From: a virus
Lineage: Duplodnaviria > Caudoviricetes
Direction: 5' to 3' (one strand)
IMG/VR virus record: IMGVR_UViG_3300050645_000186
Coordinates: 1-64,000 of that record
DNA: 64,000 nt
The notes under the pieces are model-generated. The model did not search any database and was not told the origin of the DNA. It worked only from the letters and a program-made list of their open reading frames with translations. The translations under genes were made by a program, and so were the position numbers. Positions 16,651-26,533 of the stretch are shown in pieces. Within the stretch, counting starts at the first letter, position 1. Each line of letters begins with the position of its first letter.

Positions 16651-17469
16651 ATGAAAATCAACTTCAACGTAGCGGGCGCGAAGCGGAAAGCTCTGGTGGG
16701 GGCAATCAGCCGGGAACTGAACGCACCAACCAAATATCTCGGAGCGCCGACCTTCTCCTATGAAGTGGGCGGCTATACCATTGACAAAAACGGGATACTT
16801 GAGGGCGAGGACAATTCGGAGCTGGTCGCCGACCTTTGCGGCCTGCACGACTACCGCGCGGAAACAGAGGAATACGATACACCGCTCCCGGCAGCCGCAC
16901 CTGTCCCCGATGATGTACAAATTCCCTATGAAGCTGCCCTCGGCGGCAGGGTCAGCCCCTACCGCGACGAGGAAGAACCGCCCGCTTACGGACAGCCCGA
17001 AGGTGACGTGCCCGACCGTCTGATCATCGAAATTCCGCTGGAGGGCTTCACAGACACATCGCTTGAAAACCTCGATCGGCTCATTTCCAGCAAGGCGGCG
17101 CTCATCAAGAAGGCCATCAGCGCAGCGGCGCTCACCGTCGAACGGACGGAAACGATGTTGAAATTCCCATGGTTCCGCTTCTGCGCGACCAGCGAAGAGG
17201 TTGACGCCTACTCCCGGCTTGTCTGTGCCCTTTGTGCGGCGGCGAAGGAGCAAAAGCGCGTAAACGCAAAAGAAAAAGCCGTGGAGAACGAAAAGTTCGC
17301 CTTCCGGGTATTTCTGCTGCGGTTGGGTTTTGTGGGCGATGAGTATAAGAACGCCCGAAAAGTCCTGCTCAAGAACCTTTCCGGCAACAGCGCCTTCAAG
17401 AACGGCACACCGCCGAAAGCGCTCGAGGAGGCAGGCGAGAATATCGCAGAAACCGGGAACGGCACATAA
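16651..17469 (+). CDS. Phage 'virulence-related' family protein
   Basis: YLGAPTFSYEVG and ENEKFAFRVFLLRLGFVGDEYK; homolog at 61273-62013. Confidence 0.75.
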   Translation: MKINFNVAGAKRKALVGAISRELNAPTKYLGAPTFSYEVGGYTIDKNGILEGEDNSELVADLCGLHDYRAETEEYDTPLPAAAPVPDDVQIPYEAALGGRVSPYRDEEEPPAYGQPEGDVPDRLIIEIPLEGFTDTSLENLDRLISSKAALIKKAISAAALTVERTETMLKFPWFRFCATSEEVDAYSRLVCALCAAAKEQKRVNAKEKAVENEKFAFRVFLLRLGFVGDEYKNARKVLLKNLSGNSAFKNGTPPKALEEAGENIAETGNGT

Positions 17470-17585
17470 GGCTTGAAGAAAATCCAAGGGAAACACACGC
17501 ACAATTAACTTGCTATTAGAGCCTTTCAGAGTGAGTAATGTACATGCCAAAAGCAATATACACACTTTGAAAGGCGGACAGCAAG

Positions 17586-18488
17586 ATGTTTGAAACGAAA
17601 TTTGGCATCGAGGTAGAATTCACGGGGATCACAAGGGAGCAGGCGGCGCGGGTCGCGGCGGACTTCCTCGGCGGCAGGGTCGAAAGCCTGCGGGATTCCT
17701 ACGATACGCAGAAGGTTACAGCACCCGACGGCCGGGTTTGGAAATTTATGAGCGACGGCAGCATCCGCACCGAGAAAAAGGAGCGCGGGCAGACGGTTTC
17801 CACCGATAAGAAATACAGCGTCGAGCTGGTCAGCCCGATCCTCGCCTACCGCGCGGACATCGAAACCCTGCAGGAGCTTATCCGCAAGCTGCGCAAGGCG
17901 GGTGGGTTCGCGAACACCTCCTGCGGCATCCACATCCACCTCGACGGCGCGAACCACACGGCGCGCAGCATCCGTAACTTCATCAACATCATAGCCAGCA
18001 AAAACGACCTTTTCTACAAGGCCCTCCAAATTGAGCAGGATCGGGTACGCTTTTGCAAAAAGATGGACGCGGCGTTGGTCGAGCGGATGAACCGGAGCAA
18101 GCCCGCGACCTTGAGCCAGATCGAAAACATCTGGTATGCAGGCTACGGCGAAAGCCGCGACCGCCACTACCATAGCAGCCGGTACCACTTCTTGAACCTG
18201 CACAGCTTTTTCTCCGGCCACCATACGGTCGAGCTGCGGGGCTTCAATAGCGAACTGCACGCGGGCAAGATACGCAGCTACATCGTCCTTGCCCTCGCCC
18301 TGAACAAGCAGGCGCTCACGCAAAAGAGCGCCAGCAGCAGGAAGCCGCAGGTTGAGAACGAAAAATTCGCGCTGCGCACCTACCTCAACCGCATCGGGCT
18401 GATCGGCGACGAGTTCAAAAACTGCCGCGAGCACCTTTGCAAGCACCTTACGGGATCGGCGGCATGGCGATTTCGCTCGGCGGCATAG
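17586..18488 (+). CDS. Putative amidoligase (COOH-NH2 ligase family)
   Basis: FGIEVEF, DGS, VELVSP, SCGIHIH, SRYHFLN, VELR motifs. Confidence 0.88.
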   Translation: MFETKFGIEVEFTGITREQAARVAADFLGGRVESLRDSYDTQKVTAPDGRVWKFMSDGSIRTEKKERGQTVSTDKKYSVELVSPILAYRADIETLQELIRKLRKAGGFANTSCGIHIHLDGANHTARSIRNFINIIASKNDLFYKALQIEQDRVRFCKKMDAALVERMNRSKPATLSQIENIWYAGYGESRDRHYHSSRYHFLNLHSFFSGHHTVELRGFNSELHAGKIRSYIVLALALNKQALTQKSASSRKPQVENEKFALRTYLNRIGLIGDEFKNCREHLCKHLTGSAAWRFRSAA

Positions 18489-18627
18489 ATAGGAACGCGG
18501 CCCAACGGGGGGGCGGACAGCCGCCCCCTGCGGCGGCGGCCGGGCGGGGCCGGATGGTTGATTGGATTACGAACGCTGCGCGCCACAGGGCGCAACAGCG
18601 GGCGACACGCGCAAGGAGGATAACGCG

Positions 18628-19095
18628 ATGAAAAAGCAGGCAGGCAAGATATATCTGGCATATGGCAGCAACCTCAATTTGGAACAGATGGCGTACCGGT
18701 GCCCGGACGCCAAGGTGCTGGGCGGTACGACGCTCGACGGATACCGGCTCTTGTTCCGGGGATACAACGGTAGCGCGGTGGCAACGGTTGAAAGGCACGC
18801 GGGCGGCAGCGTTCCGGTGCTGCTCTGGCGAATTTCGTCTCGGGATGAGGCGGCGCTCGACCGGTACGAAGGTTGGCCGAGGCTGTACCGCAAAGAAACG
18901 GTGACGGTGTCTTTCAATGACAAGTCAGTGGAGGCCATGGTTTACATCATGAACGAGGGCAGGCCGCTGGGCGGGCCGGGGCTGTTTTATTACGACACCA
19001 TCATGGACGGATACCTGGACGCGGGCTTCGAACCCGCCGTACTCGAAAAGGCGGCGCGCTTCTCGGTCAGGCAATCCAGAAAGGCGCGGGTGTAG
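18628..19095 (+). CDS. Gamma-glutamylcyclotransferase-family protein
   Basis: YLAYGSNLN and LDRYEGWPRLY motifs. Confidence 0.9.
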   Translation: MKKQAGKIYLAYGSNLNLEQMAYRCPDAKVLGGTTLDGYRLLFRGYNGSAVATVERHAGGSVPVLLWRISSRDEAALDRYEGWPRLYRKETVTVSFNDKSVEAMVYIMNEGRPLGGPGLFYYDTIMDGYLDAGFEPAVLEKAARFSVRQSRKARV

Positions 19096-19097
19096 GC

Positions 19098-19292
19098 ATG
19101 GAGCAGAACTGCCTGATTTCAGATAAGCTGGTTGCGCAGGTGCTCGCCATCCGCGACAGCGGCAAGGTCAACATGTTCGATGCTCGCGGCGTTCAGGCCG
19201 AGGCCAACCGACAGGAATTTTACGATCTGGTCATTTTCCTCGAAGAACACCGGAAGGAATACGCGGAATTCATATTGACGGGCAAGCGATAA
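19098..19292 (+). CDS. DUF5049-like small protein
   Basis: QVLAIRDSGKVNMFD...YAEFILTG; homolog at 62229-62417. Confidence 0.8.
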   Translation: MEQNCLISDKLVAQVLAIRDSGKVNMFDARGVQAEANRQEFYDLVIFLEEHRKEYAEFILTGKR

Positions 19293-19307
19293 ACATCCGC
19301 TACACAG

Positions 19308-19333
19308 GGAGCTTCACAAGAGGCTCCTTTTTT
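19308..19333 (+). terminator. Intrinsic terminator
   Basis: GGAGCTTC-ACAA-GAGGCTCC followed by T6. Confidence 0.75.
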
Positions 19334-19360
19334 GTTGCGCGTTTTTTAGAAAAGGAGGCG

Positions 19361-20968
19361 ATGAGGCTGCGGACGCTCAAGAAATACGAGCCGACGCCGT
19401 TCATGGTGGCGGGTTCCGAATACGACAATAAAGCGGCGGACATTGCCGTTTCCTTTATAAATTGCCTCAAGCATACCAAGGGCGAGTGGCACGGCCAGCC
19501 GTTCGACCTGATCGATTGGCAGGAGCAGATCATCCGGGACGTGTTCGGCGTCCTCAAGCCCAACGGCTACCGCCAGTTCAATACCGCATATGTGGAAATC
19601 CCGAAAAAACAGGGCAAGTCGGAGCTTGCGGCTGCGGTCGCGCTGCTTTTGACCTGTGGGGATTATGAGCACGGCGGCGAGGTGTATGGCTGCGCCTCCG
19701 ACCGTCAGCAGGCGTCCATCGTATTCGATGTGGCCGTGGAAATGGTGGAGCAATGCCCGGCGCTGAAATCCCGGATCAAGCCGCTGCTCTCCCAAAAGCG
19801 ATTGGTGTACAAGCCGCTCGGCAGCTTTTATCAGGTACTTTCGGCAGAAGCGTACACCAAGCACGGCCTGAATGTCCACGGTGTGGTGTTCGACGAGCTG
19901 CACGCCCAGCCCGGCCGTAACCTCTATGACGTTATGCTCCACGGCTCCGGCGATGCGCGCAAGCAGCCGCTGTTCTTCCTAATTACGACGGCGGGCACCG
20001 ACCGCCACTCCATCTGCTGGGAGGTACACCAGAAGGCGCAAGACATCCTGCAGGGCCGCAAGATCGACCCGACCTTTTATCCTATTATATACGGCATTGC
20101 GGACAACGACGATTGGACGAACGAAAAGGTGTGGCGAAAGGCCAATCCGTCGCTGGATATCACAGTGGATATCGAGAAGCTACGGGTGGCCTGTGAGAAC
20201 GCCCGGCAGAACCCCGCCGAGGAAAACCTGTTCCGGCAGCTCCGGCTCAACCAGTGGGTGAAGCAGTCCGTGCGCTGGATGCCCATGGAACGCTGGGATA
20301 AATGCGCGTTCGCGGTCGATCCCGAGAGCCTGCGCGGCCGGGCCTGCTACGGTGGTCTCGACCTTTCCTCCACGACGGACATCACCGCATTCGTGCTGAT
20401 ATTCCCCCCGCAGGATGAAGATGACAAATACATCATCCTCCCGTTCTTCTGGCTGCCGGAGGACAATGTCGATTTGCGCGTGCGGCGCGATCATGTGCCA
20501 TATGACGTATGGAAGCAGCAGGGTTTTCTGAAAACCACCGAGGGAAACGTGGTGCATTACGGCTTCATCGAGAGCTTCATCGAGGAGCTTGGTACGAAAT
20601 ACGACATCCGGGAGATCGCGTTCGACCGCTGGGGCGCTGTGCAGATGGTGCAGAACCTCGAAGGGCTGGGCTTTACCGTCGTTCCGTTCGGGCAGGGCTT
20701 CAAGGATATGTCGCCGCCCACCAAGGAGCTTATGAAACTGACTCTCGAAGAAAAGCTTGCACACGGCGGGCACCCGGTGCTGCGCTGGATGGTGGACAAC
20801 ATCTTCGTGAAGACCGATCCGGCCGGGAACATCAAGCCCGACAAGGAAAAGAGCACCGAGAAGATCGACGGCGCGGTGGCGACCATCATGGCGCTCGACC
20901 GCGCGCTGCGGTGTGGCGGCGATCGTGGCGCTTCGATCTACGACGAAAGGGGGCTTCTGATTCTGTGA
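19361..20968 (+). CDS. terL: Terminase large subunit
   Basis: IPKKQGKSEL Walker A; VVFDELH Walker B; GGLDLS nuclease; KIDGAVA. Confidence 0.95.
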   Translation: MRLRTLKKYEPTPFMVAGSEYDNKAADIAVSFINCLKHTKGEWHGQPFDLIDWQEQIIRDVFGVLKPNGYRQFNTAYVEIPKKQGKSELAAAVALLLTCGDYEHGGEVYGCASDRQQASIVFDVAVEMVEQCPALKSRIKPLLSQKRLVYKPLGSFYQVLSAEAYTKHGLNVHGVVFDELHAQPGRNLYDVMLHGSGDARKQPLFFLITTAGTDRHSICWEVHQKAQDILQGRKIDPTFYPIIYGIADNDDWTNEKVWRKANPSLDITVDIEKLRVACENARQNPAEENLFRQLRLNQWVKQSVRWMPMERWDKCAFAVDPESLRGRACYGGLDLSSTTDITAFVLIFPPQDEDDKYIILPFFWLPEDNVDLRVRRDHVPYDVWKQQGFLKTTEGNVVHYGFIESFIEELGTKYDIREIAFDRWGAVQMVQNLEGLGFTVVPFGQGFKDMSPPTKELMKLTLEEKLAHGGHPVLRWMVDNIFVKTDPAGNIKPDKEKSTEKIDGAVATIMALDRALRCGGDRGASIYDERGLLIL

Positions 20969-22191
20969 GCATATTTTCGACGCTGTTCAAGGCGCGCGAT
21001 AAACCTCAAAACCGACTGCCGGGAAGCGATCCCGGCTTTTTCTTTGGCGGCACGACTTCCGGCAAATCGGTCAACGAGCGCACGGCCATGCAGACCACGG
21101 CGGTGTACGCCTGCGTGCGCATCTTGGCCGAGGCTGTGGCGGGCCTCCCGCTGCACCTGTACCGGCACAAGCCGGATGGCGGCAAGGAAAAAGCGCTTGA
21201 GCATGCGCTGTATTATCTTCTGCACACGGAGCCCAACCCCGAAATGACCTCGTTCGCGTTCCGCGAAACCCTCATGAGCCACCTGCTGCTGTGGGGAAAT
21301 GCCTACGCGCAGATCATCCGGGACGGCACAGGCCGGGTGCTTTCCCTCTATCCGTTGCTGCCCAGCAAGATGCTCGTGGACAGGACGCCCGCCGGGCAGC
21401 TTTTCTACGAATACCGCACGGACACCGGCCCTGTGATCCTGCGTCCGCAGGATGTGCTGCACATCCCCGGCCTCGGGTTCGACGGCCTGATTGGGTACTC
21501 GCCCATCGCCATGGCCAAGAACGCCATCGGCATGGCGATCGCCACGGAGGAGTACGGCGCGAAATTCTTCGCCAACGGCGCAAACCCCGGCGGCGTGCTG
21601 GAGCACCCCGGCGTGGTCAAAGACCCCAAGCGTGTGCGCGAAAGCTGGAACGCCGTGTATCAGGGCAGCGGCAACGCGCACCGGATCGCCGTGCTCGAAG
21701 AGGGCATGAAGTTCAACGCCATCGGCATCCCGCCCGAGCAGGCGCAGTTTTTGCAGACGCGGAAGTTTCAGATCAACGAGATCGCGCGCATCTTCCGCGT
21801 GCCGCCGCACATGGTGGGCGACCTCGAAAAGTCCAGCTTCTCCAACATCGAGCAGCAGAGCTTGGAGTTTGTGAAGTACACGCTCGACCCGTGGGTGGTG
21901 CGCTGGGAGCAGGCCGTACAGAAAGCGTTGCTGCTGCCGTCCGAAAAGCGGGCGTATTTCGCCAAGTTCAACGTGGACGGCCTCCTGCGCGGGGATTACC
22001 AAAGCCGCATGACCGGCTACGCTACCGGGCGGCAGAACGGCTGGCTTTCTACCAACGACATAAGGGAGCTGGAGGATATGAACCGTATCCCGGCGGAGCT
22101 GGGCGGCGATCTGTACCTGATCAACGGCAACATGACCAAGCTCGCGGACGCGGGCATTTTTGCTTCTAAGGAGGAAACGGATGCATCGTAA
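20965..22191 (+). CDS. Portal protein (HK97 family)
   Basis: GTG start; VYACVRILAE, GYSPI, EIARIFRVPPHMVG. Confidence 0.95.
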   Translation: MSIFSTLFKARDKPQNRLPGSDPGFFFGGTTSGKSVNERTAMQTTAVYACVRILAEAVAGLPLHLYRHKPDGGKEKALEHALYYLLHTEPNPEMTSFAFRETLMSHLLLWGNAYAQIIRDGTGRVLSLYPLLPSKMLVDRTPAGQLFYEYRTDTGPVILRPQDVLHIPGLGFDGLIGYSPIAMAKNAIGMAIATEEYGAKFFANGANPGGVLEHPGVVKDPKRVRESWNAVYQGSGNAHRIAVLEEGMKFNAIGIPPEQAQFLQTRKFQINEIARIFRVPPHMVGDLEKSSFSNIEQQSLEFVKYTLDPWVVRWEQAVQKALLLPSEKRAYFAKFNVDGLLRGDYQSRMTGYATGRQNGWLSTNDIRELEDMNRIPAELGGDLYLINGNMTKLADAGIFASKEETDAS

Positions 22192-22882
22192 ATTCTGGAA
22201 TTGGGTGAAGAACGAGGACGGCGCGCGCACCCTGCGTCTCGACGGAGCAATCGCCGAGGAAAGCTGGCTCGGGGACGAGGTGACGCCCCAGCAGTTCAAG
22301 GCGGAGCTACATTCCGGCGAGGGCGATATCACCGTCTGGATCAACTCGCCGGGCGGGGATGTGTTCGCCGCCGCGCAAATCTATAACATGCTCATGGAGT
22401 ACAAGGGTAAGGTCACCGTCAAGATCGACGGCATCGCGGCCAGCGCCGCCTCGGTCATCGCCATGGCGGGCGGCGAGGTGTACATGTCGCCGGTTTCCAT
22501 GCTCATGATCCACAACCCCATGACCGTTGCCATAGGCGATGCGGGCGAGATGGCAAAGGCCATCGCCATGCTCGACGAGGTCAAGGAGTCGATCATCAAC
22601 GCCTACGAATTGAAGTCCGGCCTTTCCCGCGCGCGGATATCCCACCTGATGGACGCGGAAACGTGGCTCAACGCCAAGAAGGCCGTGGAACTGAAATTCG
22701 CGGACGGCATCCTGTTCACCGGGGAGGAGGAAGGCACGCCCGGCGTACAGGATTCGGGCGGGCTGATATTCAGCCGACAGGCGGTCACGAATTCCATCCT
22801 CAGAAAGCTGCCGCAGCCGGAAAAACACACGGGTATCCCGATCGAGTCGCTGGAAAAGCGGCTTTCTTTATTGAAGCCATAA
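22181..22882 (+). CDS. ClpP-type head maturation protease
   Basis: INSPGGDV, AASAAS, MIHNP motifs. Confidence 0.93.
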   Translation: MHRKFWNWVKNEDGARTLRLDGAIAEESWLGDEVTPQQFKAELHSGEGDITVWINSPGGDVFAAAQIYNMLMEYKGKVTVKIDGIAASAASVIAMAGGEVYMSPVSMLMIHNPMTVAIGDAGEMAKAIAMLDEVKESIINAYELKSGLSRARISHLMDAETWLNAKKAVELKFADGILFTGEEEGTPGVQDSGGLIFSRQAVTNSILRKLPQPEKHTGIPIESLEKRLSLLKP

Positions 22883-22901
22883 ATCGAAGGAGGAACTTTA
22901 C

Positions 22902-24104
22902 ATGAGCAAAATTCTTGAACTGCGCGAAAAGCGCGCGAAGGCATGGGAAGCCGCAAAGGCGTTTCTGGACAGCAAGCGCGGCAACGACGGTCTTTTGACC
23001 GCCGAGGACGCTGCCGTTTACGACAAAATGGAGGCCGACGTGGTGGCGCTGGGCAAGGAGGTCGAGCGCCTCGAGCGTCAGGCCGTAGTCGATCTGGAGC
23101 TTGCGAAGCCTACCTCCGCGCCCATCACGGGCAAGCCCGCGCACGCGCCGGACGGCGAGGCCAAGACCGGCCGCGCCACGGACGATTACAGGCGCGCGTT
23201 CTGGAACACCATGCGCTCCAAGGCTGCCCGCCCCGAGATTCTGGACGCGCTGCAGATCGGCACCGACTCCGAGGGCGGGTTTCTTGTGCCGGACGAGTTC
23301 GAACGCATGCTGGTGGAGGCGCTGCAGGAAGAAAACATATTCCGCTCCCTCGCCAACGTTATCCAGACCTCCAGCGGCGACCGCAAAATTCCGGTTACCA
23401 CGACCAAGGGTACCGCGTCGTGGGTGGACGAGGAAGGTCTGATACCCGAGAGCGACGACGCGTTCGGGCAGGTGTCCATTTCGGCGTTCAAGCTCGCAAC
23501 CATGCTCAAGGTTTCCGAAGAGCTGTTGAACGACAGCGTGTTCAACCTTGAGACTTACATCGCCACCGAATTCGCCCGCCGCATCGGCAACCGCGAGGAG
23601 GAATCCTTCTTCATCGGCGACGGTGCGGGTAAGCCCACCGGCGTGTTCGCTGCGGTCGGCGGCGCGGAGCTGGGCGTGACGGCGGCGAGTGCTACCGCCA
23701 TCACAGCGGACGAGATCATCGACCTGTTCTACTCGCTCAAATCGCCCTATCGGAAAAAGGCCGTGTTTGTGACCAACGACGCGACCGTGAAGGCGATCCG
23801 TAAGCTCAAGGACAATCAGGGCCAGTACCTCTGGCAGCCGTCCATCACGGCGGGCGAACCGGATACCATTCTCAACCGCCCCGTCAAGACCTCCGCATAT
23901 GTCCCCGTGATCGCGTCGGACTCCAAGCCCATCGCGTTCGGCGATTTCAAGTATTACTGGATCGCGGACAGGCAGGGCCGCTCTTTCAAGCGCCTCAACG
24001 AGCTGTACGCGCCCACCGGTCAGGTCGGGTTCATGGCTTCGCAGCGCGTGGACGGCAAGCTTATCTTGCCCGAAGCCATCAAGGTGCTGCGCATGAAGGC
24101 GTAG
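22902..24104 (+). CDS. Major capsid protein (HK97 fold)
   Basis: EGGFLVPDEF, LKDNQGQYLWQP, AFGDF, RVDGK. Confidence 0.95.
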   Translation: MSKILELREKRAKAWEAAKAFLDSKRGNDGLLTAEDAAVYDKMEADVVALGKEVERLERQAVVDLELAKPTSAPITGKPAHAPDGEAKTGRATDDYRRAFWNTMRSKAARPEILDALQIGTDSEGGFLVPDEFERMLVEALQEENIFRSLANVIQTSSGDRKIPVTTTKGTASWVDEEGLIPESDDAFGQVSISAFKLATMLKVSEELLNDSVFNLETYIATEFARRIGNREEESFFIGDGAGKPTGVFAAVGGAELGVTAASATAITADEIIDLFYSLKSPYRKKAVFVTNDATVKAIRKLKDNQGQYLWQPSITAGEPDTILNRPVKTSAYVPVIASDSKPIAFGDFKYYWIADRQGRSFKRLNELYAPTGQVGFMASQRVDGKLILPEAIKVLRMKA

Positions 24105-24117
24105 CCGGCGAAGGGCG

Positions 24118-24438
24118 GTGAACGGCATGGAGCTGCTGGAAAAGGTCAAAAAGAACCTGATCCTCCAACACGACGAGGATGACGCGCTGTTACAAGGCTA
24201 CATCACCGCCGCCATTTCATATGCCGAGGGCTTTCAGAAGAAAGCACCGGGCAGCTATACCGCCGAGGCCAGCATGACGCCCGCCACAGAGCAGGCAATC
24301 GTCATGCTGGCCTCGCTCTTTTACGAGAGCCGGGACGGCGGCACGGGCGGCTTTTTCGCGGACAGCACGCAGGCGGCGCAGCAGGCGTGGGCGACGGTCG
24401 ACTTGCTGCTGCGGCTGGACAAGGATTGGCAGGTGTAG
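24118..24438 (+). CDS. Head-tail connector (gp6-like)
   Basis: DDALLQGYITAA...LFYESR; position after the capsid gene. Confidence 0.85.
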   Translation: MNGMELLEKVKKNLILQHDEDDALLQGYITAAISYAEGFQKKAPGSYTAEASMTPATEQAIVMLASLFYESRDGGTGGFFADSTQAAQQAWATVDLLLRLDKDWQV

Positions 24439-24441
24439 CGC

Positions 24442-24777
24442 ATGGGCCTTGGAAAGATGGGTGCATTCATAGACATCGTGGCGGTGACGGCTGCCAAGGA
24501 TGACGAGGGCTTCGCCACAACGACAGATACGGTGCTCGCAAGCGTCCGGGCACACAAGGAAACGCGCCAAGGGCGCGCGGTGGGATCGAAGGATGCGGGT
24601 GTGTTTACGGCGGCAACGACGCTGTTCCGCTTCCGCGCCATCCCCTCCCTGAAAATCACAACCGCCCACGCGATACGCTGCGGCGGCGAGAGATACTCCA
24701 TCGCGAGCGTGGCGGATGTGCGTGGCATGTATGTCGAAGTGCTCGCGGATATCGTGACCCCCAAAGGAGGCGGATGA
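24442..24777 (+). CDS. Head closure/head-tail adaptor
   Basis: Position and size within the neck module. Confidence 0.75.
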   Translation: MGLGKMGAFIDIVAVTAAKDDEGFATTTDTVLASVRAHKETRQGRAVGSKDAGVFTAATTLFRFRAIPSLKITTAHAIRCGGERYSIASVADVRGMYVEVLADIVTPKGGG

Positions 24778-24778
24778 C

Positions 24779-25210
24779 ATGGCGAAAGCGGAAATCCAGA
24801 TGCCGGAAGAACTCATGGCCTCTTTGGAGGCGCTGGGCGATAAGACGGACGGCATCATACAATCGGCGCTCGAAGCGGGCGCGGAGGTAGTGATTTCAAA
24901 AGTGCGCGGCAACCTCGCCTCGGCGATCGGGCGCAATCTCAAGGCGCGGCGGCGCTCTACGGGCGCACTGCTGGCCGCGTTGGGTGTGTCGCCCGTCAAG
25001 ATCGACCACAACGGCATCCACAACCTTAAGGTCGGGTTCAGCGAGCCGCGGCGCGGGGGCGGCGTCAACGCCAAGCTCGCCACCATCCTTGAGTACGGCA
25101 AGACGGGCCAGCCCGCAAAGCCGTTTTTGAAGCCCGCGCGTTCGGCGTCGCACGCGCCCTGCATCGCAGCCATGCAGCAGAAGTTCGAGGAGGAGGTCAA
25201 CGGCATATGA
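24779..25210 (+). CDS. HK97 gp10-like neck protein
   Basis: LEYGKTGQPAKPFLKPA. Confidence 0.85.
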   Translation: MAKAEIQMPEELMASLEALGDKTDGIIQSALEAGAEVVISKVRGNLASAIGRNLKARRRSTGALLAALGVSPVKIDHNGIHNLKVGFSEPRRGGGVNAKLATILEYGKTGQPAKPFLKPARSASHAPCIAAMQQKFEEEVNGI

Positions 25211-25548
25211 GCCTGTTGAAGGAAGTCAAAGTCGTATTCGACGCGCTCGGTATCCCGGTGGAAACGGGCACGTTCAGCGACCCTCCACCCGATCGGTACG
25301 CGCTTATAACCCCCATGTCGGACGTATACGGGCTGTTCGCGGATAACCGGGCGCTGTTTGAAACGCAGGAGGCCCGGCTCTCGCTCTTCGACAAGGGTGC
25401 GTACACCTCCTTCAAAAACGCGGTGGTCAAGGCGCTGCTTGCGGCGGGCCTGACCATAACCGGCCGGATATACCTCGGGCGCGAGGCGGACACCGGCTAT
25501 CACCACTACGCCATCGACGTGGCAAAAGAATACGCACTGGAGGAATAA
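25207..25548 (+). CDS. Tail terminator/completion protein
   Basis: Position before the major tail gene; DTGYHHYAIDV. Confidence 0.75.
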   Translation: MSLLKEVKVVFDALGIPVETGTFSDPPPDRYALITPMSDVYGLFADNRALFETQEARLSLFDKGAYTSFKNAVVKALLAAGLTITGRIYLGREADTGYHHYAIDVAKEYALEE

Positions 25549-25549
25549 C

Positions 25550-26137
25550 ATGGCAACGATCGGATTGGACAGGCTGTTCTATTCCGCGATCACGGAAGTG
25601 GACGGCATTGAAACATACGGCCCGCCCAAGGTGCTGGCAAAGGCCATCAAGGCGGATTTGTCCGTCGAGCTTATCGAAGCGATTTTATATGCGGACGACG
25701 GCGCGGCGGAGGTCATAAAGGAATTCAAGAGCGGCAAGCTCAGTCTCGGCGTGGACGATATCGGCACGCCGGTCGCCGAGGAGCTTACGGGCGCTGTGGC
25801 CGATGATAACGGCGTGCTCATATCGGGCAGCGAGGATATCGGCGGGCCTGTCGCGATCGGCTTCCGCGCGCAGAAGGCCAACGGCAAGTACCGGTATTTC
25901 TGGCTGTACCGCGTGATATTCGGCCTGCCCGCCACCAACCTGCAGACCAAGGGCGACTCGATATCCTTCCAGACGCCCACGATCGAGGGTACGGTCATGC
26001 GCCGCAACAAGCTCGACGCGAGCGGCCGCCACCCGTGGAAGGCCGAAGTCACAGAGGGCGATCCCAACGTCGTCCCGTCCACCATATCGGAATGGTTCTC
26101 CGAGGTGTACGAGCCGATTTTCACTTTGCAGCCATAA
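25550..26137 (+). CDS. Major tail protein (phi13 family)
   Basis: LYADDG, YRYFWLYRV, FQTPTIEG. Confidence 0.9.
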   Translation: MATIGLDRLFYSAITEVDGIETYGPPKVLAKAIKADLSVELIEAILYADDGAAEVIKEFKSGKLSLGVDDIGTPVAEELTGAVADDNGVLISGSEDIGGPVAIGFRAQKANGKYRYFWLYRVIFGLPATNLQTKGDSISFQTPTIEGTVMRRNKLDASGRHPWKAEVTEGDPNVVPSTISEWFSEVYEPIFTLQP

Positions 26138-26146
26138 GGGGGGCAC

Positions 26147-26533
26147 ATGGACAACGAAAGGACGGCATTCATAGAGATTGGCGGGGACGAGTATGCGCTC
26201 GTCCTCACCACGCGCGCGACCAAGGAAATCGCCAAGCGGTACGGCGGCTTGGAGAACCTCGGCGACAAGCTGCTCAAGGCGGAGGATTTCACGCTCGCCA
26301 TAGACGAGGTGGTATGGCTTTTGACCCTGCTCGCCAATCAGGGCGTACAGGTACACAACCTCCTGCATCCGAAGGACACCCGCGAGCTGCTCACCGAGGA
26401 AGCTGTGGAGCTTTTGACCTCGCCTGCCGACTTGGCAAAATACAAAGGCGCGATCATGGAGGCCATGTATCGCGGCACGGCGCGGCACATTCTGAGCGAG
26501 GATGATGGCGGAAAAAACGCGCAGGCCGGGTAA
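26147..26533 (+). CDS. Tail assembly chaperone (gpG-like)
   Basis: Between major tail and tape measure genes; ends with slippery GGA AAA AAC. Confidence 0.85.
   Translation: MDNERTAFIEIGGDEYALVLTTRATKEIAKRYGGLENLGDKLLKAEDFTLAIDEVVWLLTLLANQGVQVHNLLHPKDTRELLTEEAVELLTSPADLAKYKGAIMEAMYRGTARHILSEDDGGKNAQAG

Noticed and set aside
18508-18552. GC-rich run with GGC triplets after the amidoligase gene as another GGY-NN array
   Set aside because: There is no 5-nt phasing; it is a GC hairpin (GGGGGCGG/CCGCCCCC) in an intergenic spacer.
19774-19806. Possible gapped match of array 2 code to terL of element 1 (CTC TCC CAA AAG ... GTG)
   Set aside because: Only 5 of 11 dinucleotides match, which is expected by chance in 64 kb.
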